NCBI RefSeq assembly: GCF_009914755.1
Contig: NC_060945.1
Strand: one strand, 5' to 3'
Length of the DNA: 64,000 nucleotides
DNA from: the human T2T-CHM13v2.0 reference genome, Homo sapiens
Position 1 is the stretch's first letter. Each line of letters begins with the position of its first letter. The notes beneath the pieces were generated by a model. That model saw only the letters and a program-made list of their open reading frames with translations. It did no database searches and was not told where the DNA came from. The position numbers and the translations under genes were made by a program. Shown one piece after another: positions 58,224 to 64,000 of the stretch.

Positions 58224-58823
58224 CTTGTGTGGCTTCATCCTTCTCACTCAGAGAAGACAGGGAGAGGGCTTCCATGGCCGGGTGGAAGGGGCTCCCTGCC
58301 CGGCCCTGGGCGGCCACCAGCTGCAGCATGACCGTATTGAACAGGCAGGCCACCTCCTGCACAGGCCCTGCCAGCCCCTCAGCCCCACAGAGCCGGCTAT
58401 ACAGCCTGAATATGCTGCTCCTCACGGCACTGTCCTTAAGGAGGTCAGCCACGACCACAGGGTGTGGCAAAATATGGCTCTTAAGCCAGCCAATGAGTCC
58501 TGCAGCCTCTGCCCTGCTGAGCGGGTGCTCGGCCACCGACCGCAGCACCCAACTGACTGCCAGGGAAGCGGCAGCATATACGGGGCCTGGCGCATCGCTC
58601 TCGGGGCTGGCTGAGTCCACAGGCTCCTGAGTGGGGTCAGGACCAGGGATCACTGGTCTCCAGTAAGTCAAGATGGACCTCAGGAGGCCCTTGCATGTCT
58701 CCAAGGTAGATGCCATCAGCTCAGGGTCAGCCATCTCCTCTGCCTCCCCAGGCCTCCTCTTTCGGCCCCGTGGGCCTTTGGCTCGGGCTGGCATGACAGG
58801 CTTGTTCTTATCCTTGAGCATTT
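58224..58823 (-). CDS. URB1: URB1 penultimate exon
   Basis: ttaacag acceptor, GTAAGG donor; 600 nt; (K)MLKDKNKPVMPARAKGPRGRKRR...SEKDEATQ; phase 1 at both ends. Confidence 0.96.
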
Positions 58824-59433
58824 CTGTTAAATGCACAAAGAGAAGGTAATGAGACTGGGGTCCCTCCTGCCCACACAGATCCAGATGTGGGGAGGTGTCA
58901 ATGGGGGACACGAGGGGCGGCTTGCATGTCCTGAGCACCCGGCCCTGCTCCCACGTCAGGAGCCTGGTGAGTGCTCGATGTTTCACTACGCCTGTCATCA
59001 CTGTTATTATAACCAACTTATTAATCCTCACACCATGAGGTAGAAGCCATTACTGTCCTCTTTAAACACAGGGAATCAGGACAGCATCAGAGCTTCAGTC
59101 CAGGAGGCCAGGTTCCAGTCTTTTCCTTAACCCTGCACTACAGGAGGAGGTTGGGGCAAGTAGCTCATAGCTACCCCCAGCCTCTTTACAGGTGAGCACC
59201 ATGATACTAAGGTAGGTGAAGTGACTTCTCCAAAGACAGGGAGCTAGTAAGCAGCTGGGCTGAAACTCAAAGGCTGCCCAGCTCCCCATCCAGGGCTCCA
59301 AGATGGATGTGTCCCATCTCTGAGCCTCATTAGCTTTGGAAATGTGGCTGAGAGACAGAGAGAGAGGGAGGGACGGACAGGGTGAGAGAGACATGTTGGC
59401 TACTCTGGGCCAGTCCTGGGTTCTGACACTCAC

Positions 59434-59675
59434 TCATGAGCTCCCGGGCTTGGGCCTTCTCAATGGCTGCTCTCAGGTCTTCCTGGAGCTTGAGGTCTCT
59501 TTCAATGAGGCTCCACTTGTGCAAGAGGACAAGGACGTCCTTGGTGGAAAGCACTGTCTCATTTACGGTGAATCTGTTCATGTCCCTAAAGGCCTGTATG
59601 ACAGTGGCCCGGTACCTCAGCACGGAGTCAAGTGTCCCGAAGAAGTTGGTCAGCTGGACGGGGGCCAAGGTGGGC
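59434..59675 (-). CDS. URB1: URB1 exon (third from last)
   Basis: aaacag acceptor, GTGAGT donor; 242 nt; (R)PTLAPVQLTNFFGTLDSVLRYR...KAQARELM. Confidence 0.95.
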
Positions 59676-60974
59676 CTGTTTGGGAGTCAATGTTACAGAC
59701 TGAGCAAAGGCTGCTGCCCCTGCCTGGCAGTCAGCACTGCGGCACCCTGACGACATCACACACCCAGAGGTGCACACAGTCCCTCCAGGAACCAGGTTTT
59801 CCTGCACAGCAGACATCTAGCATGGGCCCCCAGGACGCAGAAAAGAAAAAAGTGAGCCACTCCAGGAAGGCACAAAGGGGACCTGGAGTCTGACCTGCAC
59901 CCCACAGGCACAGAAACCTCCTGAAACCCTGGCTAAACAGGGCAGCCAAACACACAGCTTGACAGCCAGGGTGCCAAGAGCCTGCGAGGGCTCCACTCCA
60001 GGCCTGCCAGTTTCCCTTGCCTCACAGACCACCAGTAAAGTGAGAAAAACCCAGGGAGGCCCTGGGACAGTGTCACCACCCACGGCCAAAACCTGATGAC
60101 CACCAGGAGGAAAAAGATCTCCCTGAATTCCAAGACAGTTAAAGCCTGTAACATCAGTTCCACACAATTGTAAACATAAAACCAGTATTTTAAATAGCAA
60201 CTGGTTCTTAGACACCAGCATGTCTTCCGAAGATCCCTACATAGGAAAGGTTGACTATCCAGCACGGACTTAACAATTTGGTTTTGAACAATACAAAACA
60301 AAAGGCCTTGTTCTTTTTATCAGGACATTTTTCCTTCTGAGATTACAATCCTCTTGCTACCAACCTTCTGGTTCCGGTTAGCATAACTTGGCTCCCAAAT
60401 CAGAAATAATGAGTGTACACAGTGTATTTTCTGTAACATGGTAGAATTGGAGGGAAATTTAGCTCTTCTGAGGAAACCAAAAGCATGACTCCAAGGGATC
60501 GGAGGAAAATACTGAAACATTCCAGAGAATTCATGGACAATGAGTCTTCGCAGGCTAATGAAGGCAGAGGCAAGTTTGGGAACACCCTGTCTTATGTTAG
60601 AGTCACAGAAAATATTTTCTTTCTAAGAAACATCACTTGATTCAAGTGTTTGAATCACAGTATCAAGGCAGATGGCTCGCCAGCTAAAAATGACCTCGTA
60701 CGATGCACATTAGGTGTTAATGTTAACAAGTATGTTAAGTTCTCGGGGTCTTGACAAGAAGCTTTATAAAATTGAAGGGCAAAGAAAGAGCTAATAAAAT
60801 AGATGTTCTGACACTACCTACACCTGACACTGGTGCTCTGCCCCAATCCACAGCAGATCACGGCCCAGCGTCCCCCTGGTACAGAGTCATGACTGAGACA
60901 TGGTGTCCACAGGTGGCAGACCAACACAGCATCCAAGAGGCCAGAAGGGCCCCCCTGGCGGGGGCAGGACTCAC

Positions 60975-61172
60975 CTCAGGTGCTTCATGAGCACGATGAG
61001 AACATAAAGGAACTCATTGACCAGGTGCAGGGCAAGCCGCTTGGCAGGCTCCTGGGAGCTAGGCTGGCAAAGGCGCTGGCTCTCCCACTCCACTGCCTTG
61101 TCCCCCAGGTTGGTCACCCACAGTGTGTGTAGCAAGGAGATCACATTAGACAGCAGCGGAGTCTCCAGAAAC
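60975..61172 (-). CDS. URB1: URB1 exon (fourth from last)
   Basis: ttttag acceptor, GTGAGT donor; 198 nt; FLETPLLSNVISLLHTLWVTNLG...LIVLMKHL. Confidence 0.95.
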
Positions 61173-62288
61173 CTAAAACCAAGCACAACAGCCTTCAATC
61201 CGCCACATCCTGACCTTTCAGCAGGATCAGACTATCGCCCTCCATAATCCTATCTGCTCATCCCCCTAGATAAGCATAGTCTCCAAGTAAAAACAGGGTG
61301 CTTGCTATACAAACGCAGCTTCCACACAGGACAAGGTGCACCGTCCTAACAGAAGATTGCCCTAAGTCCCTCCAAAAATTCAGGAGCCGCTGGGGCACAC
61401 TAATAAAAACTGTCCTGTTCATGACAACAACTCAATTTCTAAAACAAGACACTATAAGCCAGGAACATTAGCTAATTGTGCCTTTTATAAACCTGAAACA
61501 GTCTTGAAGTTGATGTCCAAATACACATTCTAATTTTGGATATTAATTTCTTCCCCCCACCCACTTTTTTTGTTGTTTGCAGATGTACTTGGATATATTA
61601 GTTTCTTTTAGAGAAATTTCAGGAAATGCTTTTAAAAAAATGCACAAAAGGGCCTGCATTCTCCCAGGCTTATTATAGTAGTTAGTTCTTTGTAAGACAG
61701 AGCCCTCCCGCCAAGTGCTGTCTGCTGTGACAGGGTCTTCATCTTTTCAGACAGTCTCAAACAGCAGGAGAATCAGGAATCACAATAAATCATCAAGTTC
61801 AGACCCCTGGTGCTGCTCCTCTAATGCGGGCTCATCACTGAGGACAGAGACCCTGCACTGACAGCAGAGCCCTGTCACCCGTCAGACCGGCCTTCCTGCA
61901 AGAGGGCTGCAGCTGCTAAAGCCTTAGAGAACAGGACATTCACTTCAGAGCACAGAAGGCTGCTGGGACACCGGGGAGGAGTCTGACCTGTGCAGAACAG
62001 AGCCAGACAGGCTGGCGGAGACTCTGCCAGATGTGAACAGCAGCTGGTGTCTGCTGTCCCATGGCAGACAAGAGACACTCAAGGAAAGGCTGTGAATGGA
62101 GGAAAGGCACTTTGGCACTGCCAGGAACGGGACTGCCAGGCATATGGTAGCATTGGAGGACACTGCATTTCAGAGAGCATGGATTTTACTGGACATTTCC
62201 AACCAACAACAGAGCTGGCAGCAGACGTCATCGTTTCTGTTCCTTTCCTTCCCACCTGACGCGCACCTCGCATGCAAAAGGTACTTAC

Positions 62289-62398
62289 TTGCTTTCAAGG
62301 ATGTGTAAAATCCATGTTAAAAGGCTATAGTCTCGTATGATTTCATACGCAGATCTGGCAACCTGGGCAGCATTCTGTAGAATTTCCAGAATCCAATT
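62289..62398 (-). CDS. URB1: URB1 exon (fifth from last)
   Basis: ttttcag acceptor, GTAAGT donor; 110 nt; NWILEILQNAAQVARSAYEIIRDYSLLTWILHILES(K); absent from the ORF track but phase-consistent. Confidence 0.94.
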
Positions 62399-63558
62399 CT
62401 GAAAACCCCAAACAAGAAGTTACTCTTCAGTGAGAAAACCCACTTTACTTGATTAAAGAAACCGTTTTAAAAATTAATGGTATGGTGCCATTACAGGTGG
62501 TGGCTGCAAATGAAGCCTGCTTTGCTAAGTCCGTCAGAGCGGTGGCCATGTACGAACGTGCCCTTCCCTACAAGAGACAGCCAGAGGACACAGACTTCCA
62601 CAGCAATCTCTGGGCCCGGGGATCCCCACTTCCGTTAATCCATCATCTGGAACCCACCCACAAGCAAAGATGCACCACAGAAGCCAAATGGCCCAGATGC
62701 GCAGCCACCGGCACAGGGAGTGCGTGAGGGCCCGCCTCCAGGCCAGCTGCTGGCCGCCAGCCACGAGCCATGCGGCCCTGTGTTTACCACCTGGAAGGGA
62801 GGACATAAAAATGGGATGGTCCCCTGACTTGTTCATGGGGTGCTTCAGAATTCTCACATGCCATAGAAAACAAAAAGTTACTATACTCAAATTCAGTTTA
62901 TTCAAATGGGCTTCTTAATCTTGACTTACTCCTATTTACCCACATTTTACATATGAGAAACAAAAGCTGACTACGCTAGAAATTAATCAAAATACTAAAA
63001 GCTTTTCCTATTTCCTTCTACCACCTACCTGTAATATTTAGAAGGTACACACACCAGCTCTTGGTTCCTGACTGGCTAGGTGAGGCTGTCTGTTTCAACC
63101 TGACCCTTGCTTTCTAAATGAGTTCTGATGACCCCCAACTTCTGTAGTAGGTGGAATCCTGGTGATTCAAAAGTGCCTCAGAGTACCTCAGTCACTGACA
63201 GGGGGTTTCTAGACTTGTGACCACTCTGAAGGCTCATGATTACTGATCAGTACCCCCCACTGATGGCCTTCGTATATGCCAAGGGCCGTATACACAGTAG
63301 GAGGGTTGCAGTGAAGAGTATTTAGAGGACAAATGACACTGGGGGTCACAACACTGCAGCCTCAAGTGAATCCACCTGCTCTGCATGCAGGGAACAGGAC
63401 AGGCGCTCTCAACATCTCACTTCCCCTAACTGAGAGCCAGGGTTAGGTCGGTCGTGTCCAGGCTGGGAACTGAATTCATACGGACTTGACTTCCAGATAA
63501 AATCTTAAGAAGGGGCACAGACCTCTCGCTCTCAAATAAGCTTGCGGAACCCATGTAC

Positions 63559-63702
63559 CTGTGCTGCCTCGTCACACAGCGGGCTGTGGAAGAAGGACAG
63601 GATGATGTGGAAGATGCCACGCCGGGCACACAGTTCGTAGCACTGCTTGTCACGGATCCCCTGCCGCAGAAGGCCAAACACCCACTTCTGCTCTGTTTTT
63701 TG
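63559..63702 (-). CDS. URB1: URB1 exon (sixth from last); gene continues beyond the window
   Basis: ttaaag acceptor, GTACAT donor; 144 nt; QKTEQKWVFGLLRQGIRDKQCYELCARRGIFHIILSFFHSPLCDEAAQ. Confidence 0.9.
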
Positions 63703-64000
63703 CTTTAACCCAGGCACACAAAAAACTGTTGTTAATAAGTGAAAGTCCTTTCATCTGACAACTGTTCAAACACCACTATTTTAAGTGGTGGCAAAAGTTG
63801 TAACACAGCAGCCCTGACCTCCATGTCTGATTATGAAAAATCCCTGATCTCATCTTTGATTCCATTTCTTCAGGTCAGAAATAGAGGATCGAGTCAAGTT
63901 TAAATACTGAAGTCAGATAAGTATTCTATAAAAGAATATTTAATATGAATATCTAAAAACAGAATTTAATATTTAACCCAGTGATTCACCAAGAAAATAT

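Noticed and set aside
58824-59031. N-terminal extension of the 278-aa ORF
   Set aside because: Intronic read-through upstream of the true URB1 acceptor at 58824-58825
56857-64000. Intronic snoRNA in URB1
   Set aside because: URB1 is known to host a snoRNA, but I could not identify a convincing H/ACA or C/D structure in the introns within this window

Overview
Human (primate) genomic DNA from the MIS18A-MRAP-URB1 locus on chr21q22.11, recognised from the encoded proteins. It contains: (1) the complete MIS18A gene on the minus strand (5 coding exons, 702 nt, 233 aa) with a CpG-island promoter at ~20.2-20.9 kb; (2) the complete MRAP coding region on the plus strand, with two shared exons and alternative last exons giving MRAP-alpha (172 aa) and MRAP-beta (102 aa); (3) the last six coding exons of URB1 on the minus strand, whose 3' UTR runs antisense across MRAP's terminal exons. 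I checked all exon boundaries by GT-AG and reading-frame phase. Much of the rest is repeats: ~35 Alus, a solo LTR12C, MSTA and THE1 solo LTRs, MER21/MER31-like and MLT1 LTRs, a 5'-truncated L1PB, and MER/Tigger DNA elements. Repeat subfamily names come from memory of consensus sequences, and their boundaries are approximate unless a TSD is given. I found no new protein-coding system. The most unusual structures are a CpG-rich ~23-bp minisatellite in MRAP intron 1 carrying ~17 half-CRE sites, a fold-back inverted duplication of one Alu forming a 178-bp-arm hairpin, several smaller template-switch scars, a probable THE1-LTR-derived distal poly(A) site for URB1, and an in-frame uORF just upstream of the MIS18A start codon.
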